Part shown: positions 1 through 8,090 of the stretch, piece after piece
How positions within the stretch are numbered: position 1 is the first letter of the stretch
Layout of the letters: every line of letters begins with the position of its first letter
IMG/VR virus record: IMGVR_UViG_3300042988_000536
Location: 1-43,442 of that record
Reading direction: 5' to 3' (one strand)
Length of the DNA stretch: 43,442 bases
Source of the DNA: a virus
Lineage: Duplodnaviria > Caudoviricetes
Translations under genes and position numbers: made by a program
Notes under the pieces: generated by a model
What the model saw: only the letters and a program-made list of their open reading frames with translations
The model's database searches: none
Told to the model about the DNA's origin: nothing

Positions 1-52
1 GCGCTGATGAGTGCCGTGACGCAATCCTCGCCCTTATCGACGGAGAGAAGCC

Positions 53-481
53 ATGACGACGCCGGAACTGTTCCGCGTAGAGGTGACGGTAGACAAGCCG
101 ACAAGCGGTATGTGGCATTGCGGCCCTAACCCGTCGTGGGTGACGGTCACGCATATTCCGACCATGACGCAGGCCCGCGCGTATCACCGCAGCCAGCACA
201 AGGCGCGCGAGGCTGCTATGGCCTGCGTCCAGATGATGCTGGCCGATCTTCTCTGCGAAAACGATCAGTGCAGCTTTCCAGAAGCACTCGACACCCGCGC
301 GCCCCTGTCCCCCGCCGTGCTGGCCGAATTGCCGGAGGTGCGGGCGCTGGTGGCCGCAGAGACGGAGCGGTGTGCAAAGATCGCAGACCCGCCGCTGATG
401 CACCGCAAGGGCAAGCCGGGGCTGTGGCGCACACGTCGCGCTGCCATCGCCGCCGCCATCAGGGAGGCCCGCAATGGGTGA
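53..481 (+). CDS. Hypothetical protein with N-terminal release-factor (RF-1/peptidyl-tRNA hydrolase)-like domain lacking GGQ
   Basis: VTVTHIPT...RSQHKAREAAM resembles the RF domain-3 pattern VRITHLPT...RSQHKNK; GMWH sits where GGQH is expected; GGAGAG RBS upstream. Confidence 0.6.
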   Translation: MTTPELFRVEVTVDKPTSGMWHCGPNPSWVTVTHIPTMTQARAYHRSQHKAREAAMACVQMMLADLLCENDQCSFPEALDTRAPLSPAVLAELPEVRALVAAETERCAKIADPPLMHRKGKPGLWRTRRAAIAAAIREARNG

Positions 482-659
482 CGTGCGGAAGCTGATAGAG
501 GCGGATCAACCGATAAGCATGAAAGCCATCCGAAAACTGATATTGTCTCTGCAAAACGCAAAGGCGCATCCGCTCACTGGAAACATCACACTGACACTAC
601 TGAATGATGATATTTGCACAATGCGCGCCATCCTCCGCGCGATGGAGGGGCGGGGATGA
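474..659 (+). CDS. Hypothetical protein
   Basis: GGAGG RBS; overlaps both neighbours; lower-GC codons. Confidence 0.6.
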   Translation: MGDVRKLIEADQPISMKAIRKLILSLQNAKAHPLTGNITLTLLNDDICTMRAILRAMEGRG

Positions 660-877
660 CGCCGGAGCAGATCGTAATCCGCGTCCTGCTGGACATCCTC
701 GCAGCGCGCGGCGGGATCGACCCGCAGGACCGCGATAGGCTCGTCAGCATCATGAATGCGCAGGTTGTTCCCGCAACGCATCCATGGGTTGGAGTTAGAA
801 AGGAAGATCAGGATGAACCAAACAGAGATGAAGCACTGGGTCCAAGAGACCCGCGACCTCCTGAACATCATCGATGA
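656..877 (+). CDS. Hypothetical protein
   Basis: ATGA overlap with upstream stop; GGAGGGG RBS. Confidence 0.55.
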   Translation: MTPEQIVIRVLLDILAARGGIDPQDRDRLVSIMNAQVVPATHPWVGVRKEDQDEPNRDEALGPRDPRPPEHHR

Positions 878-974
878 GATGTCGAGGGTCATGGTGGAGA
901 GAGACCTGCGGTTTGCCAAGGCGACCGTCGACAAAGGCATCTCCGTCAAGATCGCTGTCGAGATGAGGCGCTGA
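813..974 (+). CDS. Hypothetical protein (MNQTEMKHW...)
   Basis: AAGGA RBS; typical codon usage; TGATG coupling to next ORF. Confidence 0.6.
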   Translation: MNQTEMKHWVQETRDLLNIIDEMSRVMVERDLRFAKATVDKGISVKIAVEMRR

Positions 975-1186
975 TGTCGAACGGTTCTGAGCTTAAAGGA
1001 CCGTCGGCACAGGCTCTGCGCGCGGCAGGATACAAACCCTGCCCGCGCTGGTGGTTAACGAGTGAGCAGCTTGACCTTGTTGAGTACATGGCCCGGCAGA
1101 ACGCCGATCATGTGAATGAAATCCGCAGGCGCGCCATTGAGGTAGAGCGCGCTTGGCAATCCATAACTTCGGAGCGAACGAAATGA
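974..1186 (+). CDS. Hypothetical protein
   Basis: Coupled start/stop overlaps on both sides. Confidence 0.6.
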   Translation: MSNGSELKGPSAQALRAAGYKPCPRWWLTSEQLDLVEYMARQNADHVNEIRRRAIEVERAWQSITSERTK

Positions 1187-1725
1187 ACTCTTTCTTCACC
1201 CCCAACGACATCGTCCAGATGACCTGCACGGTGGCGAACCTGACCAACGGAGGATCGGCCTTTGCCGTGAACGAAGACGGCGATCAGGTCTTCATCTCGC
1301 CAAAGATCATCTCCGCCACCGGCGCTGATGTCGGCGATATGCTTCTGGCTCACTGCATCGACAACCACAAGCTCGCGCCGGACAAGGACTTCGCGGCCCG
1401 CTGGCGCGCGATCCGCATCAGCATCTCCCAGAAGCTCGATCCTGCGCCCTACGCGCCCTCTGCGCTCGCTCAGGGCCACAGCAGGCCGAAGAGCGTCCTG
1501 ACCCTGCTGGAGACGCGCGACAGGGCTTGGACGACGGCACAGATGGCCAGAGAGCTTGGCGTCAGCATCCCCGATGCGCAATCCGCCCTGTTCGAGCAGC
1601 ACGCCGCAGGCAAGATCGCCCGGATCGACGCGACCTGTGGCGGCAAGAAGCAGGTCTGGTACGCCCGGTCCCTGAAGCTCGTCGAGGAGCTCATCGATGA
1701 AGTCGAACTGGAAGATCAGCAGTGA
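1183..1725 (+). CDS. Putative nucleic-acid-binding protein (OB/cold-shock-like N-terminus, winged-HTH C-terminus)
   Basis: SAFAVNEDGDQVFISP (OB-like) and WTTAQMARELGVSIPDAQSALFEQHAAGKI (wHTH-like). Confidence 0.6.
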   Translation: MNSFFTPNDIVQMTCTVANLTNGGSAFAVNEDGDQVFISPKIISATGADVGDMLLAHCIDNHKLAPDKDFAARWRAIRISISQKLDPAPYAPSALAQGHSRPKSVLTLLETRDRAWTTAQMARELGVSIPDAQSALFEQHAAGKIARIDATCGGKKQVWYARSLKLVEELIDEVELEDQQ

Positions 1726-1766
1726 GGGACGGAGATCGATCATCATCGAGAAGATGAGCCAATAGG

Positions 1767-1790
1767 AAGGGGGGCGTCAGCCCCCCTTTT
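1767..1790. terminator. Intrinsic terminator between convergent genes
   Basis: AAGGGGGGC-GTCA-GCCCCCCTT stem followed by T-run. Confidence 0.75.
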
Positions 1791-2079
1791 CTCTCACCCT
1801 CAGGACATATGTGTCCGGCCTGATCCTGATCGGGTCGAAAGCGTTCGAGCCCACCTCCAGATCGAGCCTGCGCTTGATCTCCTCAGGGAGGTAGCAGGCC
1901 TTCCTGCTGATCGCGCATCCCTCCGCCCCGATCTGGATGATCAGGTGGCCATCCTCCAGCTGCACGCTTGCGCTCGTGGCGTCCTCAGCGATCAGACTGG
2001 CCGGGATGGACAGGCGCGCCTGAACCGACGGCCTGTAGTACCAGATCGCGAACTGGGTCTTCCGTCGCCGGACCCTCAT
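1777..2079 (-). CDS. Hypothetical protein (MRVRRRKTQF...)
   Basis: ATG overlaps the stop of 2076..2438; ends in the terminator. Confidence 0.6.
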   Translation of the reverse strand: MRVRRRKTQFAIWYYRPSVQARLSIPASLIAEDATSASVQLEDGHLIIQIGAEGCAISRKACYLPEEIKRRLDLEVGSNAFDPIRIRPDTYVLRVREKGG

Positions 2080-2438
2080 TTGAATTGGTCGTATCTGACC
2101 AGATACCCCCCATGGAAATCTTCGACCTCGATGCTCGTGGCCTTCTCGGACGCGAACCGGCACAGCGCATAGGGAGCCTGCGCGATCATGATCCCGGTCA
2201 GGCCGTTCTGCACGCGCACCTTGTAGTCGCCCCTCTCGGCGATCTTGAACGCCATGCCCTCCGGCACCTCAACGTACCGCACGCAAAGCCCGACCTTCAC
2301 CTTCAGCCGCTCCGGAATGAACAGCGTGCCGTTCATGCCCTTCAGCTTCGGCGGGGAAATGCCGAACTTCGTCACGTCGCGCCGCTTACGGAAGTTCCGC
2401 GCGCGGATGCTTTCATGTTCCTGATCCCAAAAATCCAT
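2076..2438 (-). CDS. Hypothetical protein
   Basis: GAGGGA RBS and upstream promoter. Confidence 0.7.
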   Translation of the reverse strand: MDFWDQEHESIRARNFRKRRDVTKFGISPPKLKGMNGTLFIPERLKVKVGLCVRYVEVPEGMAFKIAERGDYKVRVQNGLTGIMIAQAPYALCRFASEKATSIEVEDFHGGYLVRYDQFK

Positions 2439-2473
2439 AGTTCCCTCTACTGGATAGTTTGTTTCAACTTACG

Positions 2474-2502
2474 AGATTAAGCGCCTACCGGAGAAGCGTC
2501 AA
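2474..2502 (-). promoter_or_regulatory. sigma70-type promoter
   Basis: TTGACG-17 nt-TAATCT on the minus strand ahead of the 2438 start. Confidence 0.65.
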
Positions 2503-2518
2503 CATTGGAAAAGTGGTC

Positions 2519-2840
2519 GGGGTGCTTAGTGCAGGATATTCAACATAGGAAATGTCATACTAAGGACATTTTGAATGTTAAGACATTGATCTATAAGGGT
2601 AAAGAGCTATCTATTATAGTACTTAGACAAGATATGATAGAGTACCCCTTTTGTCTCTTACTTTATATTCTTTAGGTAATTAATGTCTTTTAGGGGTATA
2701 TATGTGTCTGGGTGTATATCTCTCTCTGGTGCAACTAAATACTAAACAGACTAAGTACTAGCGGTATTTCTCAATGAAATCATGTGCTTGAGTGCATAGT
2801 AGAGAGCTCTACTATGCACCCATGTTTTACTAAGCACCCC
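2519..2840. other. AT-rich origin-like region bounded by a 12-bp inverted repeat
   Basis: GGGGTGCTTAGT (2519-2530) / ACTAAGCACCCC (2829-2840); many ACTAA/TTAG repeats; 13-bp palindrome arms at 2792-2819; ORF-free. Confidence 0.55.
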
Positions 2841-2895
2841 CCCCTTCAGTCGAACTGGGAGGCCTCGATGGCGAAGGCGGCGGCCCAGCGCTCGA

Positions 2896-3180
2896 TCACG
2901 CCTCGATCCCCTTCGCTTTGACGGTGATGCGGTGCATGAGCACGGGCTTCTTGCAGGCCTCGATCTGGTCGTCGGTGAGGAACTGCTTCAGCGCCTTGTT
3001 GTCGATGCGGCGCTGCTCGGCGAGATCGAGCGTCAGGTCGCAGGTGATGCCGTGCAGGGTGGGCAGGCCGAGCTCCTTGATCTCGTCCTTCAGAGCCTCA
3101 AGGGCGGCGACGGCGGCGTCGGCTGCGGCCTTGGCGGCGGCGTAGCGGTCAGCGAGCGGGATGGCGGTCATCATCGACAT
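2896..3180 (-). CDS. Hypothetical protein (coiled-coil N-terminus)
   Basis: GGAGA RBS; own promoter; good codon usage. Confidence 0.7.
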   Translation of the reverse strand: MSMMTAIPLADRYAAAKAAADAAVAALEALKDEIKELGLPTLHGITCDLTLDLAEQRRIDNKALKQFLTDDQIEACKKPVLMHRITVKAKGIEA

Positions 3181-3224
3181 GTCAGGTTCTCCAAGAAACA
3201 GCCAGCATCAGCACTGGTAGGAGT

Positions 3225-3253
3225 GTTCTACTCCGTACGAAACACAATGTCAA
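3225..3253 (-). promoter_or_regulatory. sigma70-type promoter (leftward)
   Basis: TTGACA-17-TAGAAC on the minus strand. Confidence 0.65.
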
Positions 3254-3267
3254 CAAAAAAAATGTTG

Positions 3268-3296
3268 TTGACCCTACAAAAGTGATGTGACATCCT
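3268..3296 (+). promoter_or_regulatory. sigma70-type promoter (rightward, back-to-back with the leftward one)
   Basis: TTGACC-17-CATCCT with an A-tract upstream. Confidence 0.55.
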
Positions 3297-3325
3297 GAGG
3301 GGCAGTGAAAGAGAGGGAGACCCCT

Positions 3326-3529
3326 ATGAAGTTGAACCGCAGGAACATCGAAATCCCGGCCGGGACCGTCACGCAGTACATGACGGACAGCGGTCGCATC
3401 GTGGCTGAGTTCCACACGCACACTGCGCACGCGATCTTTTGCGCCGGGATCACGACCCAGAAGAACCTGACCATCTATGACGTGGACCAGAAGATCGTGG
3501 TCTACGGAATGCTTTCGGAGGTGCTGTGA
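3326..3529 (+). CDS. Hypothetical protein
   Basis: GAGGGAG RBS. Confidence 0.65.
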   Translation: MKLNRRNIEIPAGTVTQYMTDSGRIVAEFHTHTAHAIFCAGITTQKNLTIYDVDQKIVVYGMLSEVL

Positions 3530-3768
3530 TGCGCGCCCAGATCAACCTGAACGGGGACGACAAGGACACCCTGATGACCGAGCTCGCCGAGGTGGTGCGC
3601 GCCGCCGACACGCTGCGTGACAAGCTCGCCGATCTGACTGTCCATGGCCGCAACTATCCGCAGGGCGGCGAAGACTTCGACCTCGACCGCGAGGATCGCA
3701 AGCGCTTCGTGCTGCAGTGCGAGGAGGTGCGCCGCTGGGCGTTCGACGCCATGGTGAGGATGTCGTGA
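3529..3768 (+). CDS. Hypothetical protein
   Basis: GGAGG RBS; TGATG coupling. Confidence 0.7.
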   Translation: MRAQINLNGDDKDTLMTELAEVVRAADTLRDKLADLTVHGRNYPQGGEDFDLDREDRKRFVLQCEEVRRWAFDAMVRMS

Positions 3769-3878
3769 TGGACCTGCATGAGATCAGGGATCGCGCGCTT
3801 CTGCGCGGGGATTTGGAGACCGTCCGCTGGGTCGATCAGCAGTGGGCAATCATGGCCATGAGGAGGGCTGCGAAGTGA
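3768..3878 (+). CDS. Small hypothetical protein (36 aa, MDLHEIRDRALL...)
   Basis: Below ORF-track cutoff; GAGGA RBS; overlaps on both sides. Confidence 0.55.
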   Translation: MDLHEIRDRALLRGDLETVRWVDQQWAIMAMRRAAK

Positions 3879-4132
3879 CTGACCTGACAGAGATCGAGAA
3901 GCCTCTGGGGCTTCTGTCCAACGCGGAAAGGCAGATGCTCACCTCCCTGCCTTGGAGGGATATTGAGGTCTATGGCATGTCTGGCTGGCAGACGCTCATG
4001 GGTCCGCCGATCTGGGTGGAGACCGTCACCTACCGGGCGAAGCGCATGCCGCGCCGGTACTGGCTGGTCGGGGATCGTGTGGCCTATGAGCCTGTCGAGG
4101 GCGCAATCGAGGTGATCGAGGTGACGAAATGA
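3875..4132 (+). CDS. Hypothetical protein
   Basis: GAGGAGG RBS; GTG start; C-terminus similar to next ORF. Confidence 0.65.
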   Translation: MTDLTEIEKPLGLLSNAERQMLTSLPWRDIEVYGMSGWQTLMGPPIWVETVTYRAKRMPRRYWLVGDRVAYEPVEGAIEVIEVTK

Positions 4133-4626
4133 GGATCGAAGAGGGGAGGTTCTACCGGACGAGGACCGGGAAGATTGTGGGGCCGATGAAGAGGTTCGGG
4201 TCGCCCACAAAGTACTGCTGGAACGAAGCCGGGCATCCCGATGGCCGCTGGTCTGACGATGGCGAAGATGGATACGCGTCGAGGGCTGGGGCGACCGAGA
4301 TGGACCTGATCGAGGAGTGGTCTCTTAGCCTGACGCAGATCGAAACCGCCTACGGCATCCTACTGGAAAAGCAGCCGGAGATCGCCAAGGCGCTGCGGGA
4401 GTGCGGCGGGCCGTGGGAAAGGTACACGAACAATGGCGATTGGGCCAAAATCCCCACCCCGGCATGGGAACCTTCCGGTGTTTACCGCCTCAAGCCGCAG
4501 CCGCCCAAGCCGAGGGAGTTCTGGCTGGTGCGGGAACACGCGGACAGGGCGTGGCAGGTGATGCACCGGGAGCCCAAGGCTACGATCTGGGCGGATGTCA
4601 TTCCGGTGCGGGAGGTGCTGGAATGA
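4129..4626 (+). CDS. Hypothetical protein
   Basis: ATGA coupling; GAGG RBS. Confidence 0.7.
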   Translation: MRIEEGRFYRTRTGKIVGPMKRFGSPTKYCWNEAGHPDGRWSDDGEDGYASRAGATEMDLIEEWSLSLTQIETAYGILLEKQPEIAKALRECGGPWERYTNNGDWAKIPTPAWEPSGVYRLKPQPPKPREFWLVREHADRAWQVMHREPKATIWADVIPVREVLE

Positions 4627-4817
4627 TCGATCTGTCGAAGATGAAGGACAGGCACATCGAGGCGCTGGTCAGGGTGGCGAAGACAAGGGGGCGGGCGTTC
4701 TTCGCCCACCCCAAGGCGATGATGATTTTGCGCGCCGAGCATGAAAAGAGGGCTTGCAAAGGCAACATTCATAATGTAGGGTCTAGGAATGTTGATTGGC
4801 AAGGAGGCCTGAAATGA
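4623..4817 (+). CDS. Hypothetical protein
   Basis: GGAGG RBS; ATGA coupling. Confidence 0.55.
   Translation: MIDLSKMKDRHIEALVRVAKTRGRAFFAHPKAMMILRAEHEKRACKGNIHNVGSRNVDWQGGLK
4754..4782 (+). promoter_or_regulatory. Putative promoter
   Basis: TTGCAA-17-TAGGGT; same -10 hexamer as the 5865 promoter. Confidence 0.5.
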
Positions 4818-5167
4818 AACTGAACCTGACCCTCTACACGAACATGTTCCAGTCCAGTGAGTTCGGCGGAACGATCAGCGCGGCAATCGTGGTCTGGGAG
4901 GGTGACACCCTGATCTCGATGCATGCGGCGGGCGAGCACTATCCTACCGATCGGTCCTTCCGCTGCGCGCTGGCCATGCACACCGTGGCGCGCGATGTGC
5001 GCGGCCTGCTGGAGAAGCTCGGCCACGAGGTGACCGCCGATGCGTACCTCGACGCCAACTCCACCCTCACGCTGGGTGATGAACTGCAGCGCCGCGTCGA
5101 CATGTACGAGAAGAGCCTGCCTGTCGCCGCGCTGGTCGACGTGGCCGATCTGGAGGATGCGGAATGA
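4814..5167 (+). CDS. Hypothetical protein
   Basis: AAGGAGG RBS. Confidence 0.7.
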   Translation: MKLNLTLYTNMFQSSEFGGTISAAIVVWEGDTLISMHAAGEHYPTDRSFRCALAMHTVARDVRGLLEKLGHEVTADAYLDANSTLTLGDELQRRVDMYEKSLPVAALVDVADLEDAE

Positions 5168-5397
5168 TCCGGACCTCCGATGAACTTATGGGCCGCATCA
5201 GTGCGGCCCTCAAGAATATGCCCGAAGGATCGCACGAGGAGCGACTGGCTTGGGCAGCTGAGAACGAGGAGGTCATGCGCCTGCGCGGCCTCATGGATGT
5301 CTACCTTGACGCCTACCAGAACCCGCCGGAGGGCGTGATCGGGGTCGGCGCGATCACCTATGCAGAGCACAAGATGCAGGAGGCGCAGCGTGTCTGA
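5164..5397 (+). CDS. Hypothetical protein
   Basis: GGAGG RBS; coupling. Confidence 0.65.
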   Translation: MIRTSDELMGRISAALKNMPEGSHEERLAWAAENEEVMRLRGLMDVYLDAYQNPPEGVIGVGAITYAEHKMQEAQRV

Positions 5398-5584
5398 GTT
5401 TACCCTTCCGGTGCCTCACATCTACCCCGACGGGTCTGTGAGCGAGTTCGAGATCAAGAAGCGGGAAGGCTTTGACTGGCTCTCCTTCGGCGACGGCGGC
5501 GAGAGCGTCGTTATCGCGAACGCCGACCACGCGCGGCGGATCGCGCAGGCGCTGCTGGTCGCCGCATCCCTGTTGGAGAAGTGA
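5390..5584 (+). CDS. Hypothetical protein
   Basis: AGGAGG RBS; GTG start. Confidence 0.6.
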   Translation: MSEFTLPVPHIYPDGSVSEFEIKKREGFDWLSFGDGGESVVIANADHARRIAQALLVAASLLEK

Positions 5585-5585
5585 C

Positions 5586-5861
5586 ATGAAGTACGTGATC
5601 CGCAGCATGTCGACGACCGACGCGCCGAACTGCGTCCCCTACCACTGCTTCCTCGCGTGGCCGGAGCACCGCAACTGGGCGTGGTGGACCGCGTCCGAGG
5701 CCAGCGCGATGCGGTTTGGCAGCATCGAGGAGGCCGAGGAGGAGTGGGATCGCCTGAACCTCAGCAGCCGCGAGGGCAGCAGGAGCGACATCGCGCCCCT
5801 GCATCACCCCACGCCTGTCTGGAAGGAAACCTTCCATCGGCCGAAAGTATCTACATCCTGA
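5586..5861 (+). CDS. Hypothetical protein
   Basis: GGAG RBS. Confidence 0.6.
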   Translation: MKYVIRSMSTTDAPNCVPYHCFLAWPEHRNWAWWTASEASAMRFGSIEEAEEEWDRLNLSSREGSRSDIAPLHHPTPVWKETFHRPKVSTS

Positions 5862-5864
5862 ATG

Positions 5865-5895
5865 TTGACACCCTGCATCGTACGATGTAGGGTGT
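5865..5895 (+). promoter_or_regulatory. Promoter overlapped by a 28-bp near-perfect palindrome (operator-like)
   Basis: TTGACA-17-TAGGGT; ACACCCTGCATCGT|ACGATGTAGGGTGT at 5868-5895 with one mismatch. Confidence 0.65.
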
Positions 5896-5922
5896 TTTCA
5901 CGATGATCCTTAGGAGATGACC

Positions 5923-6567
5923 ATGAACGACATGACCAACTGGCAGACCCCGACCACCGAGACCTACATGGGTCTGGAGCGGGCCTTCAACCACTTCAAC
6001 GCCAAGCTGTTCGATGACCGCCTGCCGCCCGTGGTGTTCACGCTGCGCGCCGGGCGCAAGGCGCATGGCTACTTCTGGGCCGAGCAGTTCACGCACCGGC
6101 AGGATGGTGACCCGACGCACGAGATCGCGATGAACCCCGCGACCATGTCGCGCGAGCTCGTCGATGTCCTGTCGACGCTGGTGCATGAGATGACGCACCT
6201 TGAGCAGCAGGAGTACGGCAAGCCGGGCAAGAACGGCAATCACAACAAGGAGTGGGTCGGCCTGATGGAGCGGATCGGCCTGATCCCCTCGAACACCGGG
6301 CAGCCGGGCGGCAAGAAGACCGGGCGTCAGATGACCCATTACATCGACCCGAACGGGGACTTCCTGACGGCGGCGTCTGAGCTCGTCGACACCGGGTTCG
6401 ATCTGCCGTTCTTCACCAAGCCCCGCGAGGGCGCGAAGGCGAAGAAGAAAGACCTGTCCAAGGTCAAGCGCACCTGCCCGTGCTGCGATGCGAATGCATG
6501 GGCGAAGCAGGGCTCCCGGCTCATCTGTGGCGACTGCGATGAGCTCATGATCGAGGAGGAGGTGTGA
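5923..6567 (+). CDS. SprT-like zinc metallopeptidase with C-terminal zinc ribbon
   Basis: FNHFNAKLF, TLVHEMTHLEQ (HExxH), HNKEW, CPCC...CGDC. Confidence 0.85.
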   Translation: MNDMTNWQTPTTETYMGLERAFNHFNAKLFDDRLPPVVFTLRAGRKAHGYFWAEQFTHRQDGDPTHEIAMNPATMSRELVDVLSTLVHEMTHLEQQEYGKPGKNGNHNKEWVGLMERIGLIPSNTGQPGGKKTGRQMTHYIDPNGDFLTAASELVDTGFDLPFFTKPREGAKAKKKDLSKVKRTCPCCDANAWAKQGSRLICGDCDELMIEEEV

Positions 6568-6743
6568 TGAAGAAGATCATCGAGGTGGAGGTCGACAGGG
6601 AGAAGGTCGAGGTCAGTGAGGACGGCGAGAACATCACCATCTGGCAGGGCGCAGACCTCGTCATGATCTACAACGAGGAGCAGGCCAAGCTCTTCGTGGG
6701 TGCGATCAAGGCGTGCGCGTCAGAGCTTGGGTGGGAGGTATGA
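6567..6743 (+). CDS. Hypothetical protein (58 aa)
   Basis: GAGGAGG RBS; TGATG coupling. Confidence 0.65.
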   Translation: MKKIIEVEVDREKVEVSEDGENITIWQGADLVMIYNEEQAKLFVGAIKACASELGWEV

Positions 6744-6868
6744 CCCTCCCGGCGCATATCGAGGAAGAACTCCGCAGGCTGGGGGTGGTGGTCACGCTGC
6801 CACCCCCGCCGCCACCGCCGGTGCAGTTCAAGGGATATTGGTATCCCAGCGGTGACATTCCGTTCTGA
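6740..6868 (+). CDS. 42-aa protein with polyproline tract and C-terminal GDIPF
   Basis: GGGAGG RBS; ATGA coupling; MTLPAHIEEELRRLGVVVTLPPPPPPPVQFKGYWYPSGDIPF. Confidence 0.55.
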   Translation: MTLPAHIEEELRRLGVVVTLPPPPPPPVQFKGYWYPSGDIPF

Positions 6869-6906
6869 AGGGGCTATCTTTCAGGCATCAACATGAGAGG
6901 CTTGCC

Positions 6907-7416
6907 ATGGCTGGACGCCCGACACTCCGAACTGAAGAACTGGAAGACGAAATCCTCGGCCGGATCATCTCAGGCGAAAGCCTGAACATGATCTGCAAGG
7001 AAGAAAGCAAGCCCAACATCACCACAGTGTTGAGGTGGTTGGCGAAGGACGACGACTTTGCCGCAAGGTACGCGCGCGCACGCGAGATGCAGGCCGAAAA
7101 CCTTGCGGATCAGATGCTTGAGATCGCCGACGACGGCACGAACGACTGGATGGCGAAGAAGGATCGCGAAGGAAACAACGTCGGCTGGCAGCTGAACGGA
7201 GAGGCCGTCGCGCGGTCGAAGCTCCGGTTGGAGCAGCGCCGCTGGTACGCAGAGAAACTGAGGCCCAAGGTGTACGGGTCGAAAGTTGCCGTGGGCGGGG
7301 CATCGGACCTGCCGCCCATCAAGACCACGACGCAGCTGGACGTCTCCAACCTCACGCTTGAGGAACTGGACGTTCTGGCTGCTGCGTTGCAGAAAGCAAT
7401 CACCAAGGATGAATGA
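6907..7416 (+). CDS. terS: Terminase small subunit (Sf6/P22-type)
   Basis: GRPT, GESLNMICK...PNITTVLRWL...FAARYARARE, RWYAEKLRPKVYG; upstream of terL. Confidence 0.88.
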   Translation: MAGRPTLRTEELEDEILGRIISGESLNMICKEESKPNITTVLRWLAKDDDFAARYARAREMQAENLADQMLEIADDGTNDWMAKKDREGNNVGWQLNGEAVARSKLRLEQRRWYAEKLRPKVYGSKVAVGGASDLPPIKTTTQLDVSNLTLEELDVLAAALQKAITKDE

Positions 7417-8090
7417 TCATGACCATGACCTACGTTTTCCCAGACCTGCACGGCAGGCTGGATCACCTCGTCGCCGCACTGAGCGCGTGCGGGCAGGACG
7501 GTATCGGTGACGACGACACCATCGTGTTCCTCGGCGACTACATCGACCGGGGGCCGGACAGCGCGCAGCTGGTGAAGCACCTGCGTGAGTTCGCGGACGG
7601 CCGCGACCGCGTGATCTGCCTGTCGGGCAACCACGAGTACATGATGCTCTGGGCGATAGTCGACGGCGATGCCGCCATGCAGGGCTGGCTGGTGAACGGC
7701 GGCGTGCAAACCGTGCAAAGCTACACCGACGGCCTCGGAGAGATCGATGAAGCCGCGATGCGCAGCGACATCGAGTGGTTCGCGAGCCTGCCGATCACTC
7801 ACGTCGACAACCATCGCGTCTACGTCCATGCAGGACTGGAGGGCGATGCGCCCCTCGATGAGCAGGCGCTGAAGTACACCCACTGGAAGCGCTACGAGAC
7901 GCTGGACGGCTCAAGCTGGAGCGGTCACCACGTCGTTCACGGACACAGCCCGGATCGCGATGGTCCGAAGACCGTCGGCAACCGCACGGCGATGGATGTG
8001 GGCGCGGTCTGGTCTGGACGCTACGTCGTGGGCGTGTTCGATGACGACGTCGCCGGCGGCCCGGTTCGGGTGATCGAGGTCCATGGGTAA
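7413..8090 (+). CDS. Calcineurin-like metallophosphoesterase (NinI-like Ser/Thr phosphatase family)
   Basis: DLHG, GDYIDRG, GNHE, HAG, HGH motifs. Confidence 0.9.
   Translation: MIMTMTYVFPDLHGRLDHLVAALSACGQDGIGDDDTIVFLGDYIDRGPDSAQLVKHLREFADGRDRVICLSGNHEYMMLWAIVDGDAAMQGWLVNGGVQTVQSYTDGLGEIDEAAMRSDIEWFASLPITHVDNHRVYVHAGLEGDAPLDEQALKYTHWKRYETLDGSSWSGHHVVHGHSPDRDGPKTVGNRTAMDVGAVWSGRYVVGVFDDDVAGGPVRVIEVHG

Noticed and set aside
2519-2840. MITE/IS element suggested by terminal inverted repeats
   Set aside because: No target-site duplication, transposase or second copy; internal iteron-like repeats fit an origin better.
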